Assembly: GCF_009914755.1 (NCBI RefSeq)
Contig: NC_060934.1
Length of the DNA stretch: 64,000 nt
Direction: 5' to 3' (one strand)
Source: the human T2T-CHM13v2.0 reference genome, Homo sapiens
In this document: positions 17,883 through 34,795 of the stretch, in pieces
Layout of the letters: each line of letters starts with the position of its first letter
Position numbering within the stretch: the first letter of the stretch is position 1
Notes under the pieces: model-generated
Told to the model about the DNA's origin: nothing
The model's input: the letters and a program-made list of their open reading frames with translations, nothing else
Database searches by the model: none
Program-made: the position numbers and the translations under genes

Positions 17883-18366
17883 TGAGTTATTAATTAGGTA
17901 GCTATGGAAATTAATAACAATAATGGCTGACACTTGGCACTGACTAAGCACTTTACGTATATACTAACTCAGTCCTCTCAATAACGTCAGGCAGTAGCTA
18001 TTTAGTATCATCTCCATTTTGCAGATGAGAAAGGTAGAGCTAAGTACATCTGAGGTCACACAGCTAGCAAGCAGCAGTCCAGGATTTACACCCAAGTTCC
18101 AGTAACAAAGCCCATATATTACAGTGTCTATCAGGGAAGTAAGCCAAATATAACAAAGTGAGGAAGAGGCTTATTATGCGAAGCCTAGTAGGAAGCATTT
18201 CCAATACTTCTAGAAACTTTAGGTTAAACCAGGAAAATATTTTGTTTCTTCAGCAGTCCAGGGGCAAATGTCACAGGCAGAGCAAGGCTGGAGTGAGCAA
18301 TAGGCTCTGCTGGCGATGCATAACTTGCACCTCAGTGCTTGGCAGATGCAGAAGCTGCTCCCTTGA

Positions 18367-18768
<402 letters not shown>

Positions 18769-18847
18769 TCAGTGCCCACTAAAGTTTGAGGACACTTGGA
18801 CCATGGCCCCCTCACTAATGCAGGATGGTTTAATTAGGTAAGAATCT

Positions 18848-19127
18848 GGGCTGAGTGCAGCGGCTCATGCCTCTAATCCCAACACTTTGGGAGGCCAAGG
18901 CAGAAGGATAGCTTGAGTCCAGGAGTTCAAGATCAGCTTGGGCAAGACCCCATCTCTATTAAAAAACGTGTTTTAATTGAGCATAGTGTCGAGCACCTAT
19001 AGTCCCAGCTACCTGGGAGGCTGAGGCAGAAGGACTGCTTGAGTCCAGGAGTTTGAGGCTACAGTGAGCTATGATCACACCACTGCACTCCAGCATGGAC
19101 AAAGAATGAGATCCTGTCTCTAAAAAA
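18848..19127 (+). mobile_element. AluJ
   Basis: diverged dimer, inverted relative to the previous copy, ~115 bp away. Confidence 0.85.
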
Positions 19128-19780
19128 GGTATTTTTAAAACAACTACTTTAATTAACTGGCTAATTCCATTATGCTTCCTCTTTAAACATACATTTTAAA
19201 AGTGTATCCATTGGTTACCCCCTTTACATGTTTAATAATGTGATTACTTCTGTGTCAATCTCAGACTCAACGTAGTCCTAACAATCTTTGGAAAGGCACC
19301 TTCTGCGCTCACAATGGCACTGGCCATGATGGCTTCCACTGCCACTTTCTGCTTTCTTTTCTGCCCTTCTCCTGCCCTCACCACTATCAGTTTTGACTCC
19401 CGCTGTCCCTGCCCTTGTTTGCTTAGGTGTTCCTCCTTTTTCCCTTCATCACTCCACAGCAACCTTCACTGTACATTTGTATCACCTGGGGAGCTTTAAA
19501 AACTCCATGTGCACAGGCCACACCCCGCACCAATTAAACCAGAGTCTCTGCAGGTGGGCCCCAGGCATCAGTTTTTTTAAGGATCATCAGGCGATTGCAC
19601 CATGTGTCCAAGGTTTAGAAGAGCACTTTGGCCAAAGTGGAGGGAGGTGTGGCTTCCACCTTGTGCAGAGGATTGACAAGCAAGGGCAGGGCCGCGTGGT
19701 ACAAAGAGCAGGAATCACATGCTTTCAGAAAGGCAGAGCAGGGCCAAATACCCAATTCTGAGCTGGGTGACCTCGATATC

Positions 19781-20557
19781 TGTTACAGCTGAAGATTCCA
19801 CAGATGCCACAAATGAACTGTTTTTACTCACGACACTTCTGACACCAAAAACATGGTGTCTTTTCCAACTCTCTGGCAACAGCTGGGTGTCCTACATTTC
19901 AGTTCAATTCTAACACTATCCATCTAGAGTTGGTGTCAGATCCCACACATTGAGGGCTCAGTCCCACAAGACTACTCCTACTTCAGATGCCAGTCAGAAG
20001 TCCCAGGTTGTCACCAGGACTTCTGACCAAACAGCTATAAATTCAGGGGATCCATATAAATCCTCAGATTCAAGAGTTTGCTAGAATGACACAGAACTCA
20101 CAAGAGTGCTTTGCTTATTATCACCAGTTGATCAGAACAGATGTACTTCAGGAGCAGCCTCATGGAAGGATGCATGGAACAAGGTATGGGAGGAGGAGTG
20201 CAGAGCTTCCATGTCCTCTCCAGGCCACCCTCCCAGAACCTCGATGTGTTCACCAACCTGGAAGCTCTCGGAACCCCATCATTTAGGGTTTTTATGGAGG
20301 TTTCATGACCTGGGCATGATTGGTTCAATTATTGGCCACTGGTGATCAGTTCAGTCTTCAGCCCCCTCCCCTCCTTGAGGTCTGGCAGCAGGGCTGAAGG
20401 TTTCACCCTTCTAATCATGCCTTGGTCTTTCTCAGCCACCAATCATCTCATTAGCAACAAAGGACACTCTTATCACTCCAGAGATTTCAAAGGTTTTAGG
20501 AGCTGTGTGGCAGAAACTGGGGACAAAGACCAAATATGTATTTTTTGTTATATCACA
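19781..20557. mobile_element. MER21-like solo LTR
   Basis: acacttctgacaccaaa...cagatcccaca..gagggctcagtcccacaagac...gacaaagaccaaatat...atcaca. Confidence 0.75.
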
Positions 20558-22342
20558 CCTTGCCATCCTTGGGCTTCCTGGGCAGCCATATATGGATATG
20601 TGCTTGGTAAATGTGCATTTGACCATGGAGAGCATCACTCTCCATTGCTGAAGCCAATAACTGTAGATCATCCTGGCCTTCTGCCCCATTTAAGACTTGA
20701 TCATTCTATTTCCTTAGTATCTTTCAAATCCATTCATCTTGATCTGTCTTTATTGCCTTGGCCCTGGTTCATTCTCACCTGGCTTGTGGTAGAGTCTTCC
20801 TAATTGGTCTCATTTCCTCTGGGTTTGCCACCTCTGTCTGTCCTCATCTAGGGCATCCCAAACAGATCTATCTAAATATGATCATGTCACTCCTCTGTGA
20901 AAAACCCTCCATCAGTTCTCCATTGCTTTCAGGGTATAGTTTATACCAGAAGTAACAAATTCACATGCCAGGAGGATCCCAAGAAGATGATGTGCAGGCA
21001 TGGACCTGGGCTGAGCACAGACTCTTAGAAAGCAGAGAGCTCATGGGTCATTTAGAGGGGAGCTCATGGGTCATTTAGAGGGGCAGCTGTCACCTAGCTC
21101 TCAGCTCTAGCTGCTTGTTGCCTTGTGATGTCGTCAGATCTCTTGGTTTTTCAAGAGAATCAGGACATCTGGGGTTTTGTAAATGTTGGCAACTATTTAA
21201 TCTTTTTAATTAATAATATAGTGCAAGCTAAATGATACAATTAGAATGTGTGCATTTTATAGTATGACAATTATACTTCAGTAAAACTGATTTTAAAAAA
21301 ATCACATTGTGCAAGCATAACAAAGACAACCTCTCCTCCCCACCCCAAATAAAAATTAAGTACATGCTAAACAATACACTTCAGCCCTCAGGTCCTCATT
21401 TTGCCAGTTTCAGTCTAAATTTTAGCCAGTTAGGCAAAGCCCTGAATGGCTGTGCTTTTGCCTGCATCTCCAGCCTTTCTCCCTCCAACAGGTTAGTTGT
21501 AGAACTTGCTGAGGTTCCCAGAATGCCCTGCTGTAGGCCATTTCTAAGTCTTCATACACATGTTACGTCAATTTGGGGTTCTCTTGTCTCATTCTTCATC
21601 TGCTAAATTACACTAGGTCCTTCAAGATTTGGTTCAGATACCATTTTTCAGAAAGCCCTCCCTGGTTTCTCCCTTACCTCTTCTAGGCCACCTCCTCTGG
21701 AACTTAAAATGCTCTTTACAACTGCCTACTTTCCCCTCTAGCTATCTCATTCAACTGGAAGCCCTTGGCAGGGATAGTGTCCCATTTGCCCCTGATTTTC
21801 TAGGGACAGGCATAATGACTGATTCACTATAAGCCTTCCATAAATTATTTATTTCAAATGAATATATCTTAATACACAAAATGCCCGAAGAATTGAGTTA
21901 CACACTTACCGACCTCTTTCTAACAGATATATGTTTGCATTCTAATGATTCATGTGCCTGAATGATGTACTCTCTAAAGGCAGAACATTTTATTATTACC
22001 ATCCAAATTTCTAGCCCAGTACCCTGAAGAGAGATGGAACTCAATAGATACTATGGAACATCAGTTAATAAGAACTAACATACATTTCAGATAATATCAG
22101 CCTCTAATTATGATGGAAAGAGACACTGTAATTTAAAATAATATTTTGGTGATGTGCTTATGAAATACCCTCACTAAATGACTGAGGAAGAGGTACCATT
22201 TGTAGCACTAGGCTACAAATGGACTCTCATCTTTTGCATTTACATGTTCCTATCCGTACTTCTAAGTACTAGCACCTCTGTATCAAATAGAGCTTAGAAA
22301 TATGTGATTACGGATGAATGATCAGCCATGTGATCTTCTTGA

Positions 22343-22573
<231 letters not shown>

Positions 22574-23409
22574 TGAATGCGCAAAAGTCCATGTGGATGA
22601 TATGCCTTTTGATTATTTGGAAATGTGTTATTCAACATTGAGATCCACTCCAAGAATCACCTGATGGATCTTGGTACCACTAGACAAACTACCTTCAACC
22701 TGTAGAGAAGATTTTTAATGATTCTTAAGCTATATAAAATACCAGGCTCTAGAATGATAAAGACCGGAATGAGTGGCCTTCCAACCATATATACACTTTC
22801 GCCCTAAGCCTAGACATGGCCTAATCTTCCTTCTTCACGCAGAGATTATTAATCAATCAGAATTTGCACATTAGGTGAATGGAATCTTCTTGCCATCTGA
22901 GGAGCTGAATCAAATTCTTAGAGCTTCAGGATGGGCCACGTGGACCAAGGAGACATTTTCTGCCCCTCCAGCCTAAGGCCTTCCTTTGCATGTTGAGCAG
23001 CCCCCTTGCTCCCCTCCCCTGGCACCTGACCTTGGCATTTGAGGTCCTCTCCTTTTGGTGGTAGCAAGAGGCATGGAGACCCTGAGACCTGTTACCCCAA
23101 GCCCTGTAGCAGAACTGGCCTAAGTCTCCTTATGCTGTGCCACCTCCGCCCTAGATCCCCCTCCGAAGGATCTTTGTGGCCTTCTGCAGACAGGTCCCCA
23201 TCCATGGGGGGACTTCTAAGAGTGAGAGAGCCAGGGACATGGAGCAGCATCCAAAGAGGGAGGGGGCATGTCCTCCAAAGGGCGAGGCAGGGCCCATGCG
23301 TAATTCCTTTTTTCACCACACCAGAAGCGCTATCCTTGCTTGGCACAGTGGCCTAAAATCCTTGCAGATGATTTTATCCTTAACCCATTTCAGAATTCCT
23401 TCTCCATGC

Positions 23410-23699
23410 AGCCAGGCGCAGTGGCTCACACCTGTAATCCCAGCTCTTTGGGAGGCCGAGGCAGGCGGATCACGAGGTCAAGAGATGGAGATAATCCTGG
23501 CCAACATGGTGAAACCCCATCTCTACTAAAAATACAAATATTAGGTGTGGTGGCGCACATCTGTAGTCCCAGCTACTCAGTAAGCTGAGGCAGGAGAATC
23601 ATTTGAACCCAGGAGGCAGAGGTTGCAGTGAGCCAAGATAACACCATGGCACTCCAGCCTGGGTGACAGAGTGAGACTCTGTCTCAAAAAGATAAAAAA
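23410..23699 (+). mobile_element. AluSc-like
   Basis: dimer, TSD agaattccttctcc. Confidence 0.9.
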
Positions 23700-24596
23700 G
23701 AATTCCTTCTCCTGAATAGGAGTAGACTAAAGGAAGCAATGACCAAGGGAATGGCCCTTTAGCTCCCTCTGAAGTTAGGGTGTATGATGAAATGTAGCTG
23801 GGATCATAACATTTGGAGGAATTAAAAACCAACTGAACAATCACAAATAATAAGTGTCAATAAATGGCTCTGTCTTTCAAGGGCACATCTCTATAGACAG
23901 GCTAACATTCTGTCCAACATTTTATAACTGACTTAAATAGAGAAAACAGCTCAGGTGTCACATTTCATAGATTATCAAACAGAAGCTATTACCAACAGTT
24001 TGTTTTGGTTTTGTTTTAATACATCAGTCCATGTACTTTAGTGTCCACTATCACAAAGCACTGCTGAAGTTTTGTAAAGGAAAACTTACCAAGAGCCACC
24101 CATAGCAGTCCATTGCTTTACTGTCACCCGTGCAAATCAGCACACAGATATAAAGCAGGACTGAGCAGGGGGTGATGCTGGCCCTCTTGTGGAGGTGGCC
24201 CAGAAGCTTCACATCCTGAATTATCCCTATAGTATTTGCCTTGGCCCCCTTTTGAGTCAACAGCATTTCATCATTTATAGACCAAGGGCTGGGGTGGAGA
24301 GATTTCAGTCTTCCTGAGAACCTTCACTCCCACTGCCCTCAGTCCATCACATTCTGCTTTTCCTCCTGGTGAGATGTGTTCGCTCTGGGCTTTGCCTTAT
24401 TGGCAGGGGCCTGAGGAGAAGGGTGTTTGCTTAATCCAGACCAGATGGTGGCAGCTTTCTCTCATCACCAAGCTACTTCTCACGGGAAGGCAACAAAGGG
24501 AGTTTCTTCACTGCAACTGACCTTTACTCCCTTCAAATTCAGCCTTTTGTAGTAACCTGTACAATATGAGTGAGAAAATACATTGGTAAAACTATA

Positions 24597-24880
24597 ATGC
24601 CTGTAATCCCGGCACTTTGGGAGGCCGAGGCGGGCAGATCACTTGAGGTCAGGAATTTGAGACCAGCCTGGCCAACATGGTGAAACCCTGTCTCCACTAA
24701 AAATACAAAGATTAGCCAGGCATGGTGGTGCACACCTGTAATCCCAGCTACTCGGGAGGCTGAGGCATGAGAATCACTTGAGCCTGGGAAGGCGGAGGTT
24801 GCAGTGAGCCGAGATCACGCCACTGCACTCCAGCCTGGGCGACAGAGGGAGACTCTGTCTCAAAAAAAAAAAAAAAAAAA
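24597..24880 (+). mobile_element. AluS, slightly 5'-truncated
   Basis: dimer, TSD aactataatg. Confidence 0.9.
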
Positions 24881-25636
24881 GTAACTATAATGGCTCATCT
24901 TTATTGAGTTCACCTAATGTACCCATGTTATGATTTATGCTTCAACCATAAAACAAAATTAAGATTGCTACTATTTCCATTGTGTAGATCGGAAAACAGT
25001 CTCCAAGGGATTAAGTATCTTACCCAATAATTCGTAGCCAACAAGTATTAAAGGCAGACCTCAGACTCAGGTCTGTCTGGTTCCAGGGCTTTGTCTCAGC
25101 TGCCCTGTTTGACTGCACAGGGTCAGCAGCCAACAAAGAAAACAAGCCCTTTAAGCACACTGTCAGAAGTTTATTTAAAGAAGAATTCCCAGGAACTTAG
25201 ACCACATGAGAACCTAGCCCTACAAACCTTCCATGAGAAGATGACCGAGTATTTCCAATGTGAGAAAAAGAGATTATCTTAGTAAATACTAAACTAGGTT
25301 ATTTGCCCTCAGTCCTGTGTTGCAAGATTACAAAGGGCTAAGTTCATGGAATGAGAAACCTAAAATTTTTAATTCACTAGGAGCTCTCATTCCAGCAGTG
25401 GGAAAAAATAGTTATGCTGTCTGGGGATTATGAATAAGTTGTGCCGTTGCCCGGAGTGAACATAAACAATCCATTCTGAACATAAGAGAATTCTTAGATC
25501 TTCCAAAAAGAATTATGCAATACTCTAGAGTAAATTTCACTTATAAATTGCATAGCAAACCTATCTGAACACCATGAAAGTTGATTTGTTTTAAGTTTTT
25601 GCCTCACTCCTCAGTTTGCCTTCACTTTTTCTTTAG

Positions 25637-25894
<258 letters not shown>

Positions 25895-26058
25895 TAGCCA
25901 TTTACCACTCACAACCTCCCTGAAATTCAGAATTTCTTGTAATTGCAACTTGGTTTATATTCTTCTTAAGTAAATGTGGATGAACAGTTTTATTCTTCTG
26001 CACATAATCAGAATATTATCTCTAAGGTACAGAAATTCAATCTAAAAAACATCCCTTA

Positions 26059-26353
26059 GACCGGGCGTGGTGGCTCACGCCTGTAATCTCAGCATTTTGG
26101 GAGGCCGAGGTGGGTGGATCACTTGAGGTCAGGAGTTCAAGACCAGCCTGGCCAACATGGCGAAACCCCATCTCTACTAAAAATACAAAAATTAGCCAGG
26201 CGTGGTGGCAGGCACCTGTAATCCCAGCTACTCATGAGGGAGGCTGAGTCAGGAGAATTACTTGAACCCAGGAGGCAGAGGTTGCAGAGAGCTGAGATCG
26301 TGCCATTGTGCTCTGGCCTGGGCAACAGAACAAGACTCTGTCTCAAAAAAAAA
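26059..26353 (+). mobile_element. AluS
   Basis: dimer with A tail. Confidence 0.9.
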
Positions 26354-27868
26354 GACAAGGAAATATGTTTTCTCACACAAATAAACTATTCCATTTTAAA
26401 AATAAATAAAAACATACCTTATAAGATAAAGGAAGCAAAGATTCCTTATGCATGTCATCAGCTATGGGTCCAGTATTTTATTTGTATGTGTGAAAAGACA
26501 TCGTTGTGAGGGTCACATTACTGTATAATGCAAAACCTGCAGGTATTTTCTATTCTGGGGATGACTGACTTCCAGTTTTAGCTAATAGAAGTTTTAGCTA
26601 ATAGAAGCTTCCATGCTTACAAGTAAAATAATAATATTTCTTTGAAAATATTCCAGAACTTCATACAAAGTAAGAATAATATCTTGGCCTGAGTCAGAAT
26701 TAGTAACAATTTATATTACGTGTGCTAAGATTCCCATGATCATTCCTGGGAAGGAAAGGATGCAACAACTGCCATGTTGACTCCAAACTGATTGGCTCCT
26801 GTTTGACTTAATTGATGAAGCACTTTTTTTTTCCCCTGAATTAACTGAGAAAACCCTACTAACTTAAGAATGACATATAAGGTCATTTCTCTAGCATAGA
26901 CAGTCATGCGTCATGACATGTTGATAGTCAAGCAGTTGAGTCTATTCAACAATTTGATTACATAAATATTGAGCACCTAATATGTACCAAGCCCTGTTCT
27001 GGGCACATGATCTGCTCCTTTGGGGCATGTAATAGTGCTTGCCTGATAGAAGGTGCCTCAGGCCCATGCTTGCTAGGGCACAGTGAAGATAATAGCCAAT
27101 TTTAACCATTGTGTGTTTTCACTTTCTAGTCACAGTGAGTGAATGTGACCTAAAGCCTCTACAGAGCTCTAGCATCAACTCTAGAGCCCAGAGCCACTGC
27201 CTTCTTTCCCTGACCTTGCCTGAGACAATGAAAGGGCATTTAATTTAAGCAAAAAAATGTAATTGTCTCCCCAGCCTTCTCTCCCTATTAAGACACACTA
27301 ATTGCTAAGACAGAGACCAGGCAACCCTAATAATAATCACTTTATGATAAAATATCAGAGGGCTTAGCTGTACTTTTGAAGCCATCTTTAATGTCTAAAT
27401 TTTTGTCCTGTTCCTAAATTGTCTTGCCTTATTAATTAGCTACATGTAAAAAGTATGTATCCTCTAAGCGATGTCAGAAAATCAGTAAATTTGTAAACCT
27501 CATACTTGTGTATGATTTACAGCGTTGAAAGCCCTCAAACACTATGTTGAATGATATAATGGAAACCATTTTACACTTAAGGAAATAGATTCAGAGAGGT
27601 GAAATCATGACAGGGTTAGAAGTAGAAAGAACTCAAGTCTATGGCTTCCAGGTCAGTGTTCTTTCCACCATCCTGTGCTACCCAAGCTGAAATTGTGTCC
27701 ATCCTTGTGGATCACCCACACTCAGCACCTTGGGAGGAGCAGGAGGCAGTGGGTAGGCTAGAGGGAAGACAGGCTGGCTGCTGAGTGTCACAGGAAGCTT
27801 CATTTTATGCTCAGAGGAGCTGGGGAGGTGAGGGACACCCAAATGCAATTTAAATGTATACCACAACA

Positions 27869-28152
27869 AGCTGGGCACGGTGGCTCACACCTGTAATCCC
27901 AGCACTTTGGGAAGCCAAGGCAGGCTCAGGAGTTTGAGACCAGCCTGGCCAACATGGCAAAACTCCATCTCTACTAAAAATACAAAAATTAGCAGGGCGT
28001 GGTAGCAGGCACCTGTAGTCCCAGCTACTCAGGAAGCTGAGGCAGGAGAATCACTTGAACCCAGGAGGCAGAGGTTGCAGTGAGCCAAGATTACACCACT
28101 GTGTTCCAGCCTGGGTGACAGAGCAAGACTTCATCTTTAAAAACAAAAAAAA
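27869..28152 (+). mobile_element. AluS
   Basis: dimer with a small left-arm deletion. Confidence 0.88.
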
Positions 28153-28928
28153 GTATATGACAACAGGCAGTAGGGACCTCAGGAATATGCTTCCAAAAGG
28201 CTGGTAAAGGAAGGCATTTTGAAGAAAAAGGGGCATAAATCAGAAGGGAAGGCTAACAAGATTTTTCTGATAAGTAAAATATGGCAAGTTGTCCTTTATA
28301 TGCCTTTGTTAGGAAATTTTTGAAATGACTGAAATATATCTCAAAAGATAACTAAATTTAGTGTATCTAGGTTTACCTGGTGCATAGTGATACCCAAATA
28401 ATAATTGCTGATTGAATAAATGAATTCAGTAATTACTGAATGTAAGAGGGCACTACTAGAGGAGACAGATTTGGGCTATAAGTATTTCCATTTATTTTAT
28501 CCCATGGAACTAATAAGACATATAAGCAGTTTGCCCATATATGAAAATTCTTCAGTTGCTCTCTGTGACCTCTGATCTCTCCTGCCTTTTATAATTTTCT
28601 TGTCTCCTGGGCTTTCAAGCTGTCAGATACCACATCTTCCTGTGGTCAATGTGTCCTCTTCTGTTACTGGATTTGAAATTGGGTAAACCAGGATTGTCAC
28701 AATGAACAGACCACCTAACTTCTGTAAACCTCACTGCCCTAATTTGTAAAATCTATATACAAACTACCCTACTTGACTCAAAGAAATGATCATGAGACTC
28801 ATGTCAAACATGTACACAGACAAGGTGTACAACAATGCTTAGTAAAAAGGGATATAAGTGAGGGCTATTGTTATTTTGTTCATAACCTGTGGCTTCGAAC
28901 TAATGTGGCTAGAAATACCTTAAAATAA

Positions 28929-29084
<156 letters not shown>

Positions 29085-29552
29085 TAAGGGTGCTCTCTTA
29101 AAAATAAAGCTTAATGCATCGTTGTTGGGACATTTTATGTGCCAACTCTGGTTTTCTGATTTCTTGCCTCCTGGTTTGGGGGACAAAGATTATAAATTAT
29201 GTCATGTGAATTACCTCTCAATCTTACTCTCTGACTGGTTAAATATATGATGATCAGTGCAATGACATATTATTAAGCAAGTTGTAAAACAGTATACATA
29301 GGATACAATCTCATTTTATGTAAAAAGAGACAATAGCTCATCTCTTCCCCCCCTTCCATTATATAATGGAGTATTCATTCATGGGAAAAAAATCAAATGG
29401 ATTTTTTCACTCATTGAAAAAAGTTAAAATAGATTATATATCTTTATTTATTTAACAAAAAATCATGTAATTATAAGGCCATGATTGCAAAGTTAATTAA
29501 ATGATTGGGGCAAGCTTCAGAAGCCAGTCCTTTCTGGCCCTGGTTGCAGTTT

Positions 29553-29570
29553 TGGCGCCACCTGGTGGCA
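29553..29570 (-). promoter_or_regulatory. Strong CTCF motif in PLCE1 intron ~29
   Basis: minus strand reads TGCCACCAGGTGGCGCCA, a match to CCASYAGRKGGCRS, in apparently non-repetitive DNA. Confidence 0.8.
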
Positions 29571-30442
29571 GTTATCTATTCTGACTTTAATCAATGGGTA
29601 CAATTCTAGTTGGAACTTCCAAGATAGCGACAGCAACTCATGGATTCTTCTGGTTAGTTAGTTAGCACCCATTTCAGTAGCCTGGTCTGGAGAGATGAGG
29701 CTAGAATTCTGGGGATAAGGGAGTTTTCCTGCCAAGACCTCACTTGCTGAGATGAGGTTGTCTACTGTTTACTTACTTTACCTCTCCCTGCCCTTTTACT
29801 AAGTCTCCCTCTTGCAAAAGGGAAGCTATCCTCATTTGAAAATGTGGTGGACAAAGAACAGCAGCAGCTGCTTGACAATCACATTATATCTAAATTCACC
29901 TAATTCAAGGGTGTTGCTTTACATAGTCACATACACAAAAATACATTTGAACATCCACAGCAAATGTTTAAAAGGATGTATTATCCAATGACAGTGGGGT
30001 ATTTTGTGGCGAATAAGGTGGGAGAAGGAAAAAAGATGAGAATGGGAAAAGTTTGGTTTTTCTTATTGATACGCTTCTGTACTGTTTGAAAATTTTTAAT
30101 AAGATACATATATCTGTAGATACATAATCCACCAAAAAGCCAATTAATCTAATTCTCATAATTTTACTGTGAATTTTGTCAAAATTTGTTTCAATGTGGC
30201 TTACCTCCAGCCATTCATTCAGCCTTGTCACTGCAGTTTTGTTCACCCAACCTGTCAATTTCATGGTTTATATTTCAGATGTCTAGCATTTCTTAAATGC
30301 TCAATGTCTGTGGAAATGGGTGAGCTTTCTTTTAAATACAATTTACTGTGTTCTTATTTGGCTTTTGCTAATTGGCAAAATGGTATATTGTCTTTCTACA
30401 AATTTACCTACAGTCAACTTGGACTCTCAAAATCCACAGCTA

Positions 30443-30778
<336 letters not shown>

Positions 30779-30991
30779 CTATCAACATCATCAGAAGCAC
30801 AGTAGTTTCCTCCTCTCAGGAGATAGGTATATCCTTTTAGAACAGTTTATGAAATAATAACATAGTATATGAGATATTAAGCTAAGAAGTTTCTACATCA
30901 CCAAGATACAAGCTCAGATTTTTGCTAGATTTGTCTTTCTTTATTCTGCATAAACCTATTATTTACTCACATTTTTTCTTTTTAAACATAG

Positions 30992-31174
<183 letters not shown>

Positions 31175-31299
31175 TGAGTCCTTTCCTCAGCATAAATTAT
31201 TGGAACAAATGTCTGTGCACTGATGGCTCATTTTATGAGTGAAGTTCCTCAACAACAGGGACCTCAAAGGGGAGTGTGTGCCTCTTAAGGCTGGGAAAT

Positions 31300-32060
<761 letters not shown>

Positions 32061-33427
32061 TTTTAAAAGTTTAAAATCTTGGAAATATTAATTCATTCCT
32101 TCAACAGACACTTAGTATCTACAGTGAGTTTGGATCTCTATAAAGCATTGATAATAATGGATTTAGGAAGTGACTCTGCAGTGACAATGTCATGGTCCCA
32201 GAAATACCTAAGCCAGTAGGTACTGACCATCTCTCAAGGATCCTACAGAGGACAAGTAGGAGGCCTACTCTGATCCTCTCCCCTCCTCTAAATCACGCTT
32301 CTCTGAGAGTTTACATGGTTTCAGAGAAGTTTGCTTCCTTCATAGCCTTGTTAGGGTAGGCCATTCATCAAACACCTATTTGAGAAGACATACAACACAA
32401 CAATTAAGAGCACAGACCCTAGATCAAGCTGTGTTAGATTCAAATCCCAGCTCTACTTCTGAGACCTGGAGTAAAAGCTCAGATCTGTGCCTTAGTTATA
32501 GTAGTGTGCTGGTAAACCAGCTCTTTGTAAAAGAAAGATAAAAGCCCTTATTTATTTCTTTTGTGTAAATGCCCCTACCATATCTGATTTCACCAGACTA
32601 TTCCCGTTGGCTCCAGCAAAACACTACATGGTAAGTCACCACATAGACCACCACATAGACAATATGGAGATAGTATGATAGTACTTTCCTTGAAGGTTAA
32701 GTATATGTAAGATGTTTAATACAATGCCTAGCAAATGGTAAACATTACTTAAGGGTTACTTGCTGTTCTTACTGTATGATAACTTAGTTAATATTAGCCA
32801 TCTTATTCAACTGACTTTGAATTCCAAAGGGCCCAGACTTACATTTCTTTAACTTATCTTTGTCTCCCCTAAAAGTACAGCACAGTATCTGGGACATAAT
32901 TGGCCCTCACTAAACATTTAATGAATTAACAAATGCATCAATGAAAGACATTCTTATATTAAATGAAAAGAGAGATCAGTTGACTTCTAAAATTCTTTCA
33001 ACATCCAAGACTCTGTGATAGAGATAGCCCAGTGGGACAGAGACGCTCCTGAAGAGCAAGATTCTATTCCTCACTGGCTGACTTTCATGTCTGTGAGCGC
33101 TGGTACATGCAGAAAATCTGGTTCAGACCTTTATTGTTACTATTATAGCTGTATATATCCTGGAATCTACTTAACCTGTCTTAAGTATAAGCTTCCTCGT
33201 CTGAAATTCAGGATAATAACACCTAATTCATAGACTGTTGCAAAGCTAAATGAGGTAACGTGGGAAATTACATTACAAGCTACAACTATACAACTGCAAA
33301 ATGAGTTGGATGAAATGATCTGGAAGATCCCCTTCATCTCTAGTCTGGGCCATTTTTCCACCTTAAAGTTTCATATAGAATGAATGCAAATGTTGGAGAT
33401 TCTGTGTCTTTATTCAGTTGATCATAA

Positions 33428-33688
<261 letters not shown>

Positions 33689-33919
33689 TAAGTTATCTGA
33701 TACCCATAATTACACTGTAGCCAGATCTGGAAGCTGGTGAAATTTAGGAGAAAGTTCCTGAGTCAAGGAATGGAGTTAGGAGAAAATTGTTTGGCTTTGT
33801 TTTCACTGTGTGAAAAAACATGTGGCCGAGCTTGCGGTTAAGCAGTCCTAGAGGGGAGCTCCTCAGCCCTACTCTCTCCAAAGCTCTAGAGAGAAGAGGA
33901 AAGCGCTCTTCTGAAATAG

Positions 33920-34171
<252 letters not shown>

Positions 34172-34407
34172 CTAAGGGCAGCATGTTTAACCCAGGTATA
34201 GTAAGTCATTGCACCATCCTGGAACAGGGCTTAACTTAAACTACTTTGTAAGGAAGGCATAATTAGTACAATGTCTTTTATCTTTTCCAACAGGAGGATG
34301 TCCCTTGAAGGCAGGTAGGAATGGGACCTTAAAACAGGAAAAGGGCTCTGAAGATATGTGTAACATGATATGCTATTGAACACCGCCTATAAAGAAAAAG
34401 GGAAAGA

Positions 34408-34795
<388 letters not shown>

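Noticed and set aside
20342-20803. 153-aa ORF
   Set aside because: Spans LTR and L2-like remnants, starts at a non-ATG codon, and shows no recognisable domain
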